Of a stretch of DNA of 64,000 bases, positions 11,850-26,498 are shown one piece after another; the stretch's first letter is position 1, and every line of letters starts with the position of its first letter. This stretch comes from Octopus sinensis. Taxonomy: Eukaryota. The notes below the pieces were generated by a model. The model was not told the origin of the DNA. It worked only from the letters and a program-made list of their open reading frames with translations, and did no database searches. The position numbers and the translations under genes were made by a program. The stretch spans positions 100,378,001 to 100,442,000 of the forward strand of contig NC_043006.1 in the NCBI RefSeq assembly GCF_006345805.1, read 5' to 3'.

Positions 11850-13300
11850 CTCTCAACTTTCTTGGCTTCCCTGATAAGGTTTTGATTATCATACACAATT
11901 GCAATATCGATATTCTTGCAATCTGCATTCTTTTCTGTCTTCCAGGTTCATATCTGATTTATTTTATCCTATATATGACCATTCTCTATCGAAAATCCCA
12001 TAAATTCTGTGGCTATCAATCAAAATCACAGCCTCTGACTCTTGTTCATGCAACTTCTAAATTATTTTAAATCTATGAATTTGCTAAAACTTCGAATACA
12101 GATCCATTCATGTATTTGCTCTAGCTTACTGCATTTACGAAATTGCCAGCACTTTCCTTTACTTTTCTACACATTCTGCGTTTGCTGCCTGAGCTTTATT
12201 AGTTTTTGCCTTTATCCAATCTATTTGTTTTTAATTTTTCCAGAGCGACTACTACTAGAAATTCCGTTTCAGTGTTCAGATATGCATCTCGCAACCACAA
12301 CCAACGGTCTTCATTTACAACTTACCCTATTTCTCTTGTGATTCGTCGATATAATGTCTTCCTCGTTTCTCTTGTAGTTTATTGTTTCATCTTACTTGGG
12401 GAATACTATGCATAATGTAGTATACATTGCGTTATAGTACTGTAAGTGTTTTGTGAAGTACGTATGGTTAGCAATCCTATTTCATGAATTGTAAATAAAG
12501 TCGTGATACGTATGCTATTTTTTTTTTTCGTTGTTAACGTTATTTTATTGCTTCCACTCCATCTTATTTTATTTCCAACGGATGTCCACGCACTTTTGAT
12601 AGCTTTTCAACCTTCTGTTAGGATATGTTTTGTTTAGTAAAGGACGTAAGTTTTCCTTTATCATTCTATATGATATTTAGGTATTTTGCTTTCATCTCCT
12701 TGTCTGTCTAAGCAAAATGTTCCAAATAATTGTGGTCATAATAATGATATTTAACGGATTTGTTGCGTGCTTATAGCACTTATTCTTGGGTTTCATGTGG
12801 ATGTGACCTTATACTACCCAATAAATATAACTACCTATCTGGTCATATCTATGGATATATTCTTATATTGACTACACTGGGCTGCTGAAAAAAGATATGA
12901 TCAAATATTTATGTTGATTATATAATCTGCAATTGACGTTGAAACCATCTTTTATTACTTTGATAGATTTTTCTGTCTAGATATTTATCATGTACATATA
13001 AAATCAAAGCTTCTATTCTAATTTTAGTTCTCATCAATTGATGGCAAATATCCTCTAAATTCGTAACCGTCCTTTCTCACACAATACTTACCATTCTACA
13101 GATTTTCTCATATTCTCTTTGTAATTTTGTTCTCGGTTGTCGTCCTGCTTTTGTTATATTATTTTCTCCTCAGCTGAAATTTTCTTCGGTGTGTTTAAAT
13201 TATACTTTGTGCTTATTGTTATTGGGTCTATTATTGTTGTATCTTTGCTTTTGATATTGTTTTGTTTTATACGAACGGTTCCAAGTTTCAAGCAGAAATC
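11850..13300 (-). mobile_element. Second, highly decayed R4/Dong-type fragment (RT C-terminal part to zinc knuckle)
   Basis: Minus-strand WLWLRDAYLNTETEFLVVVALEKLKTN followed by a CRMC remnant (WLxxGxLKxETEG...CRxC-like), plus a YMxxIK-like remnant near 13000. Boundaries approximate. Confidence 0.55.
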
Positions 13301-13405
13301 TCAATAAACAGTAAATTAGACATTTTACTGCGGATGTAGTTTATGAGTAGCAATGTTATATTTTTATAGAAAGGAGGTTAGATACCGAGGTTTAATATTT
13401 CGTTA

Positions 13406-13610
13406 GGCGGTGAGCTGGCAGAATTGTTAGCACACCAGGCAAAATGCTCCGCATCATTTCACTCGTCTTTACGATCTGAGTTCAAATTCCGACGAGGTTG
13501 ACTTTGCCTTTCATCCCTTTCGGATCGACAAAATAAGTACGAGTTGTGCACTGGGGTCAGTGTAATAATATTATTCCTTCCCCCGAAATTACTGGCCAAA
13601 ATTTAAAACC
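13406..13610 (+). mobile_element. Family B SINE
   Basis: Head GGCGGTGAGCTGGCAGAATTGTTAG plus the family B core. Confidence 0.8.
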
Positions 13611-13789
13611 ACTATTCCGTTAAAACTTCGCTGCAATATTTTCAATTTTAAACCTTTTTTGAATTATTTATTATTATTATTATCATCATTCTCCTTTTTC
13701 TTGTTGTTGTTATTATTATTACTTTCCGATTGATGTGCATTTTATGTCCTCTTACGACCAGGTCTCAACCACAGAGACCTAAGTTACGT

Positions 13790-14800
13790 ATATATTAGAC
13801 CTATTATTACTATTATTCCTTCGTAACACAGTGTAGGTAAAATTGTACCGGAGTCTTTAGTCATTTGTCAAGTCACTACAAAGACCGCAGACAAATAATA
13901 CTTTCCCCAAAATGTGCGCTGTGCTCAATAAGGCCGCTTTTTTCCAGACATCAATCTTGCATGGGATTTCCAGTTGCCTTAAGAAATATTGACGTTTCAA
14001 TGGGATTGAGTCCAACGCTCCGATCGCCACTGGTATCAAAGTATCACTTTTATATTACTCTCTTACATCCCATACAGTCTTGCCATTTCCACTTTCAATT
14101 CAGAGTACCTTGGGATTTTTTCAACCTCTTTACTCACAACGTTCATGTCATTCGGTATGGCTACATCGATCATCTGACAGTATTTGTCTCTCTTATTCAA
14201 TATGACAATATCCGGCCGACGATGTTCGATTACACGATCCGTCTGAAAATCATAGTCCCAGAGTATCATTACTTTTCCATCCTCCTGCATAACTTTACTT
14301 GGTACATGCTCATACCAGTTCTCTGTTACTTCGTATTGGTATTTACGGCGTAAGAGCCAGTGAAGATACACACACATATTATCGTGGCGGCGCTTGTATT
14401 CTTTTTGTGCAAGGCTCTCACATCCACTTACCAAATGGGTCACACTTTCCCCACTCTCCACAGAGTCTGTAATTCTGGGTGTCAGAGGTGTTATTGATGT
14501 TATACTACACTGACTTTGGTGACGAGAGCCTGGTCTTGCACAGCAATGATCAGGCTTTCGGTGGCACGCTTCAAATCACCTCGCTCAAGTCATGCTCACG
14601 ATGCTGTATAATCTTTAACGTCTTCTATATACATTTCAAACTGTCCATGCATTCTCATTTCAAGGTCTTCTTTTCTCTCCTCCTCAGCTCTTTGCCCATC
14701 ATTTCATCTGCATTTACACGTTTGCCTTTCATCTTTCACAGTCGATATAGTAATAACTGGTTAAACACTGAATTCCTTGTAATCGACTTACCCCTGCCAT
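13790..14800 (-). mobile_element. R4/Dong-type retrotransposon 3' fragment (CCHC remnant + restriction-like endonuclease)
   Basis: MHGQF...GDLKRATESLIIAVQDQAL; ESVTHLVSGCESLAQKEYKRRHD; ILWDYDFQTDRVIEHRRPDIVIL...MIDVAIP (PD..D RLE motif); IPVAIGAL. Flanked by (ATT)n-rich tracts. Confidence 0.88.
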
Positions 14801-14834
14801 AGAAAATTTAGGATTTGCGCCTATAACAGAAATT

Positions 14835-14986
14835 ATTACTATTATTTTATTGTCATTATTATTATTATTATTATTATTATCATTATTATCATTATTATTA
14901 TTATTATTATTATCATCATTATTATTATTATCATTATTATTAGTAGTAGTAGTAGTAGTTGTAGCAGCAGCAACAGCAGCAGCAGC

Positions 14987-15075
<89 letters not shown>

Positions 15076-15110
15076 CAGTAGTAGTAGTAGTAGTAGTTGT
15101 TATTGTAGTG
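14835..15110. repeat. Compound trinucleotide array (ATT/ATC)n-(AGT)n-(AGC)n
   Basis: Direct inspection. Confidence 0.9.
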
Positions 15111-15447
15111 TTAGGACGTAAGCTCTAGGCAAAATATCTTACAACACTTACTCCAGCTGTTAACCTGATTTCAGATCTCTGTAAGAAAACCTATCAAAAT
15201 AATCACAGTTTAAGAAATAAAGATTGCTAAAATAAACAACCGAAATAGAATTACACAAAGAAGACCTGAGTGGAAAACCTTTCTTTGTTCACTTGGTTGT
15301 CCGATTGGATAGAGAGAAGTATGAAACAAATTCAACACCAATAGTTAAAAAAAGAAATCCTGAAAAGATGAGTTTTTGACTGAAAAGGTTGAACGCACAA
15401 AGAAAACTAAGTAACAAAATAATGTAGTACCAAAATAATGTAGTATA

Positions 15448-15863
15448 GGCGCAGGAATGGCTGTGTGGTAAGTAGCTTGTTTACCAACCACATGGTTCCG
15501 GGTTCAGTCCCACTGCGTGGCACCTTGGGCAAGTGTCTTCTGCTATAGCCTCGGGCCGACCAAAGCCTTGTGAGTGGATTTGGTAGACGGAAACTGAAAG
15601 AAGCCCGTCGTATATATGTATGTATATATGTGTATGTGTGTGTGTTTGTGTGTCTGTGTTTGACCCCCTAGCATTGCTTGACAACCGATGCTGGTGTGTT
15701 TACGTCCCCGTCACTTAGCGGTTCGGCAAAAAGAGACCGATAGAATAAGTACTGGGCTTACAAAAGAATAAGTCCCGGGGTCGAGTTGCTCGACTAAAGG
15801 CGGTGCTCCAGCATGGCCGCAGTCAAATGACTGAAACAAGTAAAAGGGTAAAAGGGTAAAGGG
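15448..15863 (+). mobile_element. Family A SINE, near full length
   Basis: GGCGCAGGAATGGCTGTGTGG head through a (GTAAAAGG)n tail. Confidence 0.92.
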
Positions 15864-18019
15864 TATATAAGAAATATAATACCTTAACTGCACTCTGGGA
15901 TATATGCAGCACGAAGAACCAATCAGGTACTTCATTTTTAGTAGCCGAGATTTTTCCCAAAGGCTATTGTGTAGTATGTAGGAACATTCTCTCCTAAACT
16001 GAAAATATATATTAATCATTTATCAAATTTGATACGTGATAATAACCTGGCGTTTATATTCATCTCTATAAAACACTTTTTATTATTTTACCGCTAACAG
16101 GGTTTCATGCTAATATTTCTTGTGTCTGTTTTATTTTATTTAGGTTATTTTGTTTAAATATGCTTGCGACTTGGCGCCTCAGCGCAAGCCAAGAATAAGA
16201 TATATAATCAGAAACGGAAAACAAACTTGTAATTTGTTTTCACTTTCCGGCCAAATGTGCTTCTAAACAGCAAGTGAAAAAGCTCTTAATTTGCAGGTAT
16301 CATGCAATGAAAACTATTGTAGATTGTCAAAATGTTAGTACTAGTTGATATGTAAACATACAAAGCGAAACAAACCAAATTCCATAGTAGGATGAAACTA
16401 TTAGCAAAGAATAGGGGAATGTTAACCATAAACATTTGCTTAGTCTCATATCAAATTTTGAACACAACAATTGACTGAATGAATTCTCTGTCGTGCAATT
16501 AACAGAACAGGCAGAAGCTATTAGCATAATAAGAGGTGGTTCATATTTTGACTGTCTTTGATATGATGGTATTCATATACTTTAATTGTAAGCGATATTT
16601 GTTGTAAACAGGGATAACAGGATGTAATAAGTTATAACTTTTCTTAATGCTTAACAGTCAAGTCTATTAGGTATGAAATATTATAGCGTGAAATAGGCTA
16701 CGTTGAAGCTAACATTAACAGGCAACTCTTTCTGGATGTAAGCAAAACATGATTAAATATTTCATTGCGGTATTCGGCACGCATAAACTAAAACTAATAA
16801 ATATATTTATGATTCTCAACGTAAGTAATGCAGGTAAGATGTTAGAGCATATGTGCAAGGTGATGTCAATGAATGGAAACAAAAATTTGTTGAATGTCCT
16901 TACACAAGTTGCTTAATGATGGCATAATATTTCGGGAAAGATTTTACTTCTCAAAGCGTTCAGAGGTATATATTGTTATCGCAAGACTATATGAATTCTG
17001 GTAAATGTTTTGGTAATGGTTATTTATATAGGTATCTTTTTTGCAAAAATATCCGTCAGGGCTTTTTAAAAATAAAAACAGCTGCTCGCGGGACAGGATG
17101 ATATGTAGCATTTATTTACGCTTTTTTAAAATCATGCAGTTGAAATCACGTGTAGGTCAAGTATGGGTTTCATATTTCTGCTGCCGTAAAAGTTTTGTAC
17201 CAGACAATATGAGGTTCATTATACTTGATTATAACCTCTAATGACACTAAGCAGGTTTCAATTTTAGTTCATTTGTATGAATCATGAATTTCATTGTGAT
17301 TGACTTTCATCTTTCTGTCATATTTTGAATGACAAAAACAAAGCGAAGAAGTAATGTGATTGACAAAGTATCTCATAGTTTATATATATATTTCTTTACA
17401 TTTTGTATTCAGTTTCTACAAGCATCAGTAGACTACTTGATAAGAAGCTACAAGCTATTTGTCATGTTTCTACAAACATTTTAGTCTAATGCCTAAAGGA
17501 GTCAGAAGAGTGCCAAGACAAATTGTCGCATGATTGTGAATATCTTACTAAGCGCTGTGAATTCAAATGTCACACGAGTGATCATTTCAACGTACATTTC
17601 CAGAATTGGTAAAACAACTACCAGCAAAATCCTGGTTACGATTGTATTACATAATCCTTATAAATTTATAGTTCTGGGACAATATTAAAAGTACAGCAAA
17701 ATTTACTTTCAGTTAGACACCTCATCGTTCATAGTGTCAGTCAAATGAGTGCAATGGAATATTTTATCCTTACTACATTTTTTCTATTTCCATTGAACCG
17801 ATTACACACCTCCCTGTTACTGGTTATAATTATAACGTTTCTTTATCCTATTGTTGTGATTGTTATTATTTTATTATTGTTATTATAATATTTTTCTTGT
17901 TAGGATAATTATCATTTTACCGTTTGTTCTGTTTTACGTTTTAATAATTTAGTACTTTATTCGTTAATTCTCTCATTAGCGTGCACTGATACTTTATCGC
18001 TTTTTCACACATTATCGCT

Positions 18020-19580
<1,561 letters not shown>

Positions 19581-20576
19581 AGAGTGTCATTTGTTGAGCG
19601 TATGAATGAATGTATGCTAATGTGATGGTGTGGACGTGAGCAGCCGTATAGGAAATAAATAAATATAAACACGTTTGAATATGCAGAATTCTTATGTACA
19701 CACAGGATACTTATATACAATTCTTATATACCGCACCCTAGACACAGGCGATATATGTAAAAGATATTAAAATATAGTTAAACAGCGTGAAGATCACTGA
19801 AAATTATAGTTTATTATATACTGCTGAAAGAATATTTAGTTCTCCTTCAACATTTTAACGCCATCACTAATAAAAGTTCCAAGAAATCAGTAGAAAATTA
19901 AGGTATATCATTTCTAAGTATAATTTCATGTCTACATCGTAATTGCACATTTTATTTACTTAATTATTTATTTATTTATTTATTTGTTATTTTATGAGGA
20001 ATGATCAATCTCTCTGTCCTTTACTTGTTCTGGTTTGATTGGTACAAGAAGTGATCAGCTTCTGTAGGTTTATATTGATGACTGTGACAGAGAAAAATTA
20101 AGAATCGTATTCCAGAAAGTTGGTATTTTGATGTGTTAATGCTGAGAAAAAAAGGTTCCTACAGAAAGTGCAGGTATGAACAGAAAATGTTAAACGTTAA
20201 AAGAGATAGAATATGAGAGGAAAAAATTGAGCCTTCTTTCGTAGAAGCGGTTGACGACTACCTAATTCTGGCGGGGTGGTTCTTTGAACAGCAATGATTT
20301 GAAAGTAACCTTCTAAGTTAGACACTGCTATGTATTGCGTAGTGACAAATGAATGATACCATTCAGACAGTTGCCCTACTTTTGGACACAGTCTATGATG
20401 TTTTCGCGTTTTAATTGTGAGTGTACTGATCTATTCTGGATTTCCTGTGAATTTCAATTTTAGAGAGTTTGTAGATCTTCTGGTCTAAATACTTTGTAAT
20501 TTAGAATAGGAAAAAATTGACAAGCAGTAAAGGAATGAGCATATTTTTTTTAATGTTAATATTTAGTGAAATGTAA

Positions 20577-20765
20577 GGCGGAAAGCTGGCAGAATTGTTA
20601 TAATGCCAAGCAGAATTCTTTGTTGTATTGCGTCTGACTTTATGTTCTGAGTTCATATTCCGCCTTTCGGGGTCGTTTAGATAAGTACCAGTTCATTCCT
20701 GGGATTGATGTAATCGACTTAACTCCTCCTTCCAAACTGTTAGCGGTGTGCCAAAATTTGAAAAC
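20577..20765 (+). mobile_element. Diverged family B SINE
   Basis: GGCGGAAAGCTGGCAGAATTG head and TTTCGGGGTCG core. Confidence 0.7.
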
Positions 20766-20796
20766 GATATTGAGCGAAATGTCCTTCATCACGAAT

Positions 20797-21125
20797 TAAA
20801 GGAGCACTCCGTCGGTTACGACGACGAGGGTCCCAGCTGATACGATCAACGGAACAGCCTGCTCGTGAAATTAATGTGCAAGTGGCTGAGCACTCCACAG
20901 ATACGTGTACCCTTAACGTAGTTCCCAGGGAGATTCAGCGTGACACACAGTGTGACAAGGCCGGCCCTTTGAAATACAGGTACAACTCATTTTTGCCAGC
21001 TGAGTGGACTGGAGCAACATGAAATAAAGTGTCTTGCTCAAGGACACAACGCGTCGCTTGGAATCGAACTCACGACCTTACAATCGTGAGCCGAATGCCC
21101 TAACCACTAAGCCACACGCCTTCAC
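20797..21125 (-). mobile_element. tRNA-derived SINE, family C, with 11-bp TSD
   Basis: Minus-strand head GTGGCTTAGTGGTTAG...GAGTTCGATTC, core TGTCCTTGAGCAAGACACTT; TCATCACGAAT at 20786-20796 and 21126-21136. Confidence 0.88.
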
Positions 21126-21415
21126 TCATCACGAATACATCAAACACAAGGTATAAACAGTTTTGGTAAGATTAATATCATTCTGTAGCCATCTGTCATA
21201 ACTGAGTCAATTCATCTGACGCTGAATTACTGCAGCCGGATGCGACACTGCATATCTCGATGGAAGGTGAGATTGAATGTAGACATTGAAAGATATGTGC
21301 CGAAAAACATGCTAATCACTGAAGAGTAAGGCTACAGCCGCAACGAAGGTGGAAGGGGACACTGCAACGAAGTGTGAGTGTAGAATATTGGGATATACAT
21401 ACATACATACATAAT

Positions 21416-21834
21416 CTTTACTCTCTTTGCTCTTTTACTCTTTTACTTGTTTCAGTCATTTGACTGCGACCATGCTGGAGCACCGCCTTTAGTCGACCCC
21501 GGGACTTATTCTTTGTAAGCCCAGTACTAATTATATCGGTCTCTTTTGTCGAACCGCTAAGTGACGGGGACGTAAACACACCAGCATCGGTTGTCAAGCA
21601 ATGCTAGGGGGACAAACACAGACACACAAACATATATACATATACACACAAACATGTATATACATATATACAACAGGCTTCTTTTCAGTTTCCGTCTACC
21701 AAATCCACTCACAAGGCATTGGTCAGCCCGGCGCTATAGCAGAAGACACTTGCCCAAGATGCCACGCAGTGGGACTGAACCCGGAACCATGTGGTTGGTT
21801 AGTAAGCTACTTACCACACAGCCACTCATGCGCC
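21416..21834 (-). mobile_element. Family A SINE
   Basis: Reverse complement of the 15448 copy. Confidence 0.92.
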
Positions 21835-21966
21835 TATACATACATACATGCTTACATACATGCATACATACATACATACATACATACATACATACATACA
21901 TGCTTACATACATGCATACATACATACATACATACATACATACATACATACATACATACATAAATA

Positions 21967-22800
21967 TCTATAATGATAAATGGCAAGTTTGTGTGTTTGT
22001 GAATTTGTTACTTTATCTCTTCCGAGACTATCCAACAGACCTTAATGAAACTTGAACATACGTCGGGCTTATGTCCATGCAATCACTTACGTATTTGGAG
22101 TTTTAAATGAATCGATTTTTAATTAGCATCGATTTTTTGAATATCGTAAAATTTCGGCATTTTTCGCACTAGCGATCGTGACATCAATTCGACGAAAAAT
22201 GCCGAAATTTGATGAAAAATGCTTCATGGGTACAAGCAGATAGCTTTTTAACGGTAATCTATTTAGCATTTGCTAATTCTTCATTTCAATGCGAATTGTT
22301 TTGGTTTGCTAAAACTTATTATTTCAATTCGTTGTTTTAATTCCACAGGTTTTGATTAGCTAAGAGCATTTTACTTCTCCAGCAAAATTTAGGTATTTTG
22401 CACACTACACTTATCGATTTCACGATATCTACCACAAAGCGTTAAATTTTGACATTTTATGGACATCAGAAAACTGACGGCGCCGCGGGTTCGCTACCAG
22501 ACTCTGCTCATTTTATTCGCCAAACTGGTCCCATTAATATAGATTTAAAATTTTTGAAAAATGTCGAAATTTGACGAAAATGTTTCATGTCTATCAACAG
22601 ACATCTCATTAACGGTAATTTAGTTAGCATTTGCTAGTTCTGCATTTTATTGCGAATTGCATTGATTTGCTAAAACTTATTATTTCATTTCCTTGTTTTA
22701 ATTCCCCAACGTTTCAAATTTTGATTAGTTAAGAGCATTTTATTTCTCAAACAAAATTTAAATATTTTGCACACTAACCGTCGTGACATCAATTTCACAA
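21967..22800 (+). mobile_element. 5' part of a non-autonomous Helitron-like element with two diverged ~230-bp internal repeats
   Basis: Starts A|TCTATAATGATAAATGGCAAGTTTGTGTGTTTGTG (TC 5' end). Repeat units at about 22195-22405 and 22555-22775 share GAAAAATGYCGAAATTTGA...TTTGCTAAAACTTATTATTTCA...TTTTGCACACTA. Confidence 0.55.
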
Positions 22801-24995
22801 AGTCTGCCCCCAAAGCGTAATATTTCGCCATTTTCCGCGCTTGTGTATTGGTGTGTGGTGTGGTGGTGTTGGCGTGGGGGATGCGAGAGTGGAGGAAGCA
22901 AGAGTTAGATCTAAGGGATGTATAGGGATGGTGAGGTTGGAATGTGTAGGGGTGGGGTAATGAGGAGGGGTAACGATGAAGGGAGAGGGTGGAAGAGAGA
23001 AGTTGGGTAGTAGTGAAGAGAGGTGCCAGAGCAAGAGAGGAGAGGTGGGTGGAAGTAAGTAGGTGTGAGACAAAGAAAGAAGAGAGGAGGACGAAGGATT
23101 GATGAAGAGGGGAGGAGAGTTTGATGAAGAGAGGAGGAGATTTTGTTGAAGAGGGGAGGATATATGGCGCAAAGGAGAGAAGAGAAATAAATTAATCCAT
23201 GCTCGCGGTGAAGACGGGAGTCCGGATGACCCCTGTGCAAGGACAATCCGAACACATACAGGTGTTGTAAAGAGTGACCGATAGAGCGAAAATGGCGCGA
23301 GACCGGGGGTCGTTGGCTAGTCAGATGTCTCGGGGGTGTGCTGCGAACCGGTCAGCCAAGCTGCGTTCCGTTTGACCGATGTATAGAGAAGGGCAGAGAG
23401 AGCAGGAGATGTAATAGATGACGTTGCTAGAATTGCAGGTGAAGGAGTCTGTGATATGATAGAGTCGATGATGGGTGTCTGTGAGGAGGGTAGTATTGGA
23501 GTGAAAGGGCACGTGCGGCAGCGTGGACAGGAGCAAGGGAACGAGTTGAGTTGGGAGGTTGGATTAGGGAAGAACCTGTGGACCAAGAGGTCTCGTAGGC
23601 TGTGGGCACATTTGAAGGAGAGGAGGGGTCGGTTAGGGAAGATGTGTGAAGTGCAGGGGTCAGACTGGAGTCACCCGAAGACTCGGAGAATGGTGCGTTG
23701 CAGAGGTAGGGTGGTGGGGTGAAAGGCGAGGGGAAAGAGAGACGGGTGACGGCGGGGCGGGTGCGGGGGGAAGAAAGCAGATGCACGGTCCATGGAACGT
23801 GCTCTGGCAAGGGCGGTGTGGATGGTGGTGAGGGGATATCCACGTAGGGTGAAATCGCGAGCCATGAGTTGGGAATAGTGAATGGAGAGCTTGGTGTGTT
23901 TAGGGTGGGAGGAGAAGTTGAGGTATGTGTATTAGTTTGTGTGTTTGTAGTGGATGGAGGTGGTGAGAGTGGAGTGATGAATGCTGACCGAGATGTCGAG
24001 AAAGGCGAAGGAAGTATTGGAAATAGTGGAGGAGAATTCGAGGGCAGGATGGAAAGATTTCACAAAAGAGAGTCAGGTCACAGTTCAGGAGTGGGACCAG
24101 GGAAACTTGAGAATATTTGGGCCTCAATGTAGCCAACGAACAGGTTCGCATAGTTGGGGCCCATTCTCGTTTCCATAGCGACTCCCGAGACCTGCTGGTA
24201 AAAATCGCACGCGAACAAGAAGCAGTTAAGTGAGAGGACAAGTTCGACCAGACGAGGGAGTGGGGATGTGTCAGATTGGGGGGTTGGATCGAAGGTCAAG
24301 GAAATATTCAAGTGTACCCAGCTCCTCGTGGTGAGGGATCACCGTATATAGACTCTTGATGTCAAGAGTGAAGAGAAGTTTAGAGGGGCCAGGACGGAAG
24401 GAGAATGAGTTGAACTAATGGTTGGTATCATGAAAGTGATAGGCAAAGGAAGCCACTAGAGGGACAAGGAGACGATCAAGACATCTGGATATAAGTTCGG
24501 TGGGGCAGTTGCCGGCGGAGACGACGGGGCGGCCAGGGTTGTTAGGTGTTTGGATTTTGGGAAGGAAGTGAATTGTAGAAGTGCAAGGGGTGCGAACCTT
24601 GAGGCTAGAGGTGGTGGCGGAGACGGAAGGGGGAGATGATATCAGGGATAGTGGAGGACACAGTCGCTTGGTAGCTTGGCGTGGGATTCGAGGGCAGAGA
24701 GCAGTAGAAGGAGCTTCCGCCTTGTAGTTGTCCGTGTTCCACACCACCTCGGCTCCCTCATTGGCCAGTTTTATGACGGTGTCCGTGCGGCGTCGGAGAC
24801 GTGGAAGGGCCGAGAGTTCGGTTGAGGAGAGGTTCAGATGTCTAGGTAGCTTGGAAAAGTCAAACTGGTCCTCAGCATGCTGGCAGGTGCCCGCAAAAAG
24901 ATCGACTGCTTGGCACTGGCCACAAACTGGCGTCCACTGGGATGCCTGGCGGCCCAGGTGTGTGACGCGGTCCTCCTCATTAGATGCAAGTGGAG
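22800..24995 (-). mobile_element. Penelope-like element (Neptune-type), frameshifted RT + GIY-YIG endonuclease
   Basis: NLSSTELSALPRLRRRTDTVIK; LPKIQTPNNPGRPVVS...PTELIS; QQVSGVAMETRMGPNYANLFVG; FTLRGYP; Cys linker CSCPRCRTCP; C-terminal NVIYYISCSLCPSLYIGQTERSLADRFAAH. Confidence 0.92.
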
Positions 24996-25031
24996 TGTCA
25001 CGGGATAGCGCACAATATACATATATAAAAA

Positions 25032-25083
<52 letters not shown>

Positions 25084-25105
25084 GTTGTGTATGTATGTAT
25101 GTATG

Positions 25106-25136
<31 letters not shown>

Positions 25137-25859
25137 GTATGCGTGATATGCATGTGTGTGTGTGTCTGTGTGTGTGTATGTGGTTGTGCATGCCTGTTTG
25201 CAATTGTATTGTATTCCCTCAATTTGCAATGGCGCTAGTCTGGTAGGCATTTAGGTAAGCATAGAGGTAAGAGAAAATTGTTTAGGCTAAGAAATACAGA
25301 GAGAAACATACGGAAGCCAATGAATTATATATCATTTATAAAAGATGAGGCGATAGAACATGAAGGGGCGGGAAGAAAAGGATTGAAATGCGAACGAAAT
25401 GGGGGAAATAACTGTAAAAATATAAGCTGCAAAATACATAAATTAGTGAAATACTTGTTCAAAGTTTGTAGCTTTCATTATCATGGCCTTTGTTATCGTC
25501 ATTATAATCAACGTAATGATCGTCATCTAGTAAGTAATATTAGATAGAAAATTGTTTTAAAAATCTATAAATAAATGGAAAGATTGGCAAATTTAGATTT
25601 AGTTGTTGCCCATTTTCACCATCCAAACTGAGGATTTATGACGCCTATGCATTTTACGTAATTATATAAATTATAATATATTACTATATAAGTTATATTA
25701 TAATATATTTTTAAACGCATAATTTTTACTTGATGAGAAATAGATTCATTTGGAAATGCTTAAATTTTAAAAAGTTAATAAGATTGTAAAATTTTATATT
25801 GATATATATGGTATTATTATTAATATTGATATCATATTTCGTGTTATTCATAGCGATAT

Positions 25860-25950
25860 TATTATCATTTATTATTATTGTTATTTTATTATTTTTATTA
25901 TTATTGTTATTTTATTATTATTATTATTATTATTATTAGTAGTAGTAGTA

Positions 25951-25994
<44 letters not shown>

Positions 25995-26070
25995 TTATCA
26001 TTATTATTGTTGTTGTTGTTGTTGTTATCATCTTCATCATCATCAATGTTGATATAATTATTGTTATTAT
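25860..26070. repeat. Compound (ATT)n-(AGT)n-(GTT)n-(ATC)n array
   Basis: Direct inspection. Confidence 0.85.
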
Positions 26071-26498
26071 CAACGTAACAAAAACGGTAGTTTAATTGCA
26101 GTATTATACAAATTCAGAAAATATACCTCTGATATTATCAGATCAATAACGATTTACATAATTAAGACATTGAAACAAAGTTTCAGTTTATAACCCTAAT
26201 TAAAATAGTTAATTTATGGTTTATAAGTTACGGTGCGGTGTGAAGAATGGATTTTTTTACTGTTAATCTGAGAGATGATTGTAGACCGAAAATTTTAATT
26301 GTAAATTAAGATGACACATTATAATTTAAAAACAAAAAGTAAATAAAAGATAGAAAGTATTGTTGCCTTGTCATTAGCCTCTAGGTATGATATAAGTTTT
26401 GTGAAATGATAGGGAGAAGGACACATGTGTAAAATACGATGATAGGAACAAGTAGGGGTCATCATTAAAGATAATCATTACTGTCTTATATTATTGTA

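Noticed and set aside
17495-17610. ShKT-like Cys spacing CQDKLSHDCEYLTKRCEFKC
   Set aside because: Bounded by stops, no usable splice sites in the right phase, Cys pattern incomplete.
22850-23800. G-rich, possible G-quadruplex tracts
   Set aside because: Explained by the strand composition of the Penelope-like element; no independent evidence of function.
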